In this document: one piece after another, positions 61,823 to 64,000 of the stretch
Numbering within the stretch: position 1 is the stretch's first letter
Layout of the letters: every line of letters starts with the position of its first letter
NCBI GenBank assembly: GCA_964016885.1
Contig: OZ024761.1
Span: forward strand, 9,672,001 to 9,736,000
Source: Eledone cirrhosa
Lineage: Eukaryota
Reading direction: 5' to 3'
Length of the DNA: 64,000 nt
Made by a program: the position numbers and the translations under genes
The notes under the pieces: generated by a model
The model's database searches: none
Told to the model about the DNA's origin: nothing
Seen by the model: only the letters and a program-made list of their open reading frames with translations

Positions 61823-61908
61823 AGCCAGTTAATGTATCCCTTGAACATTTGCAAACTGACAACATCCAACAAGCATGGGCTTACAGGGAATTCCAGGACA
61901 TTATGTAG
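61823..61908 (+). CDS. Candidate terminal coding exon of an unknown host gene
   Basis: tttactcctatag acceptor, then phase-1 frame PVNVSLEHLQTDNIQQAWAYREFQDIM*; unique balanced-composition sequence; no homology recognised. Confidence 0.25.
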
Positions 61909-62289
61909 AGAGAGCGGCTTCTTGCCGTTCTACAGAGAAAAGAGGTCCCAAAATTTTTTTAGATTTTGCAAAATCTACGTAATTTCAATGTTTCAGCGAT
62001 TTAATGTTATATAAGATAATCGATATTTCTTTTCGATAATGTTTTATGGATTAACAGAAATTCCATTGCTTCCTTCGATATGTGATCAAAGATTTCTGCA
62101 GAAATTTCAGAAAATATTCAATTGTATATTTTGCATTTAATCCTCATAGGTTCCGAGATCTAATGGACGGCTTATATCGTGATGATAGACTATTAAGTTT
62201 TAGAAAGTGGAAAAAAAAATCCCCCCCCCCCCCCCACACACACACTCTCTTTCTCTGTATGCGTATATATATATATATATATATATAAA

Positions 62290-62825
62290 TAAGCAGAGGG
62301 GATATTCAATTTGTTGGTAATTCAACAAATATAAATGTTTATAACTGATTTAGAGCACTCAACAAATTTTCTGGAGTATAATACAAAATATTAAATAAAT
62401 GGAAACTATATTTATAAAACCATATTTATTCTATTATATAAATTATATATATTTCAAGGGTACCAAAAATTTTGGTACGACATCATCAGATAAAATACGA
62501 AGTGTGTTTTATAAATGTTGACATAACCAAGGATAATATACCTTAACGGTTCAAGTTATCCCTGGATAGTGAAGTGAAAAGAAAAGCCAGATATTTCCAA
62601 TTATTAAGATGAGTATGCAAATGAGGTTTATGTAAAAAGGCTGAAAAAACGTTATTTTAGACGCTATGGAGAATTTAAATAATTATGATAAGTTATTGTA
62701 TGCGTAGCATTTACGTTAATTTAAGGGAAAAGATTTATTTACCTATATTATGAGTTATAATATTGTATATATAATCAATTAGATTATATGAAGAATTATG
62801 GTTATAAGTATTACATTAGGATAGG

Positions 62826-62884
<59 letters not shown>

Positions 62885-64000
62885 TATATATATATATTAA
62901 TAAATTGCGTATGTATTAGTTGTTTATATATCAAATATGAGTTACGAAGGAGTTGAATTTGTATTTTACTTAAAAAATAGGTGGTTCAAGTTGTGAGAGT
63001 AGAACAATTTGTGGATTCGAAAATGTTCAACATTGAAAATGTTTTCAGAATATTGTTAATACGTAAAATGCTTATGTATGCACGATTGAGAAAAATGTTT
63101 ACATGATTGAGAAAAGAAAGATAACTCCAATTTTGTTTGTTAACCATTAAATTAGAGAAGAATTATATATTATTTTGTGTGAGATCCATTATTTTAGTCG
63201 AAAGATGTGTGAATGTTTGAATAACAAAAAGAGAGAGGAAAAATGTAATGTGTTTTTCGAAGAACTATCAAAAGAGGATAAATTTTAGACTGTCATTTAA
63301 AGATTATCAATCTACATCTAAAAATATATTTATAGGGGTGTCCTTACAAAAATAATGTCGGAATTAAAAATAGAGGCATTAAAAAAGTTTTGAAATATTA
63401 AAAATATTAAAAAATATTAAAAATATTAAAAAATTTACATTTAAATTTTAAAAAAAATAGGATCATTTTGAAGGTTTATAGGGATATTATAAATTAAAAA
63501 TAGTTCTGAACGTGGAATTTTGGCGATGTTTGCAAGAAGAAAATAATTCTGTTCCGAGATTAATAGAGTTTTGACAGTTAATTATATAAAAAATGTCTTC
63601 GATACACAATTTACAGAATCTTGATAAACCCGTATATCGGTATGCAGGTGCTTTCGAAATCGTTCTCCAAGATATTGAATATTCTATATTGTTGTCTTTT
63701 AAATCCCAGATTAGATGTGATAATGAAGTAGAAGATATTTTATCAGGTCTCCTAAATGTATGATTATGGTTATTCCAGCATTCTTAAAATTTTGTTGAAG
63801 TGGCACCAACATAGTTAAATATTTTGTCGCTAGTTTTAACTGTGCATTTATAAACTATGTTTTTGTCTAAACAATTATTTTGTAAAGGGCAGTTTGATTT
63901 GATTCTACAGTTACAATTACTAGAGTTATTGTTGTTCAGAACGGTACTATTATTCTGAGTATTGTTGTTAGAAATATTATTATTGCTATTTTGGTTAGTT
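62290..64000 (-). mobile_element. Penelope-like retroelement 3' part running off the window
   Basis: GIY-YIG frame, AT-rich 3' region, pLTR 62290-62560 related to family H with hammerhead at ~62427-62497. Confidence 0.82.
63487..64000 (-). pseudogene. GIY-YIG endonuclease domain with in-frame TAA (63784-63786)
   Basis: CNCRIKSNCPLQNNCL..IVYKC...YVGATSTKF*...NNH...CKLCIED...CKHR; paralogue of 52562-53218; missing from the ORF track. Confidence 0.85.

Noticed and set aside
63784-63786. Possible selenocysteine recoding in the GIY-YIG frame
   Set aside because: The stop is TAA at a Lys-equivalent position, not TGA at a Cys position

Overview
Repeat-dominated animal genomic DNA. The very high (TA)n/(CA)n/(GGT)n load and the SINE/LINE repertoire suggest a cephalopod such as Octopus (inference). 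No confidently identifiable host gene is present; there is one weak candidate terminal exon near 61.8 kb, and almost all long ORFs in the track are microsatellite artefacts. The real coding content is transposon-derived: four truncated copies of one young CR1/L2-group LINE and one decayed copy of a second family, both associated with TA microsatellites; a dead DD37D (maT-type) Tc1/mariner; RTE and Tx1/L1-like fragments; and several Penelope-like (GIY-YIG) retroelement remnants. The most striking signal is at the RNA level: about two dozen minimal type I hammerhead ribozyme motifs (CUGANGA...GAAA + palindromic stem III) from many unrelated families. Seven lie in register in a near-perfect 6.4-copy tandem array of a non-coding 557-bp unit (37.9-41.5 kb, minus strand), which looks like a retrozyme / circular-RNA-type non-autonomous retroelement rather than a plain satellite. 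A 200-N scaffold gap lies at 29780-29979.
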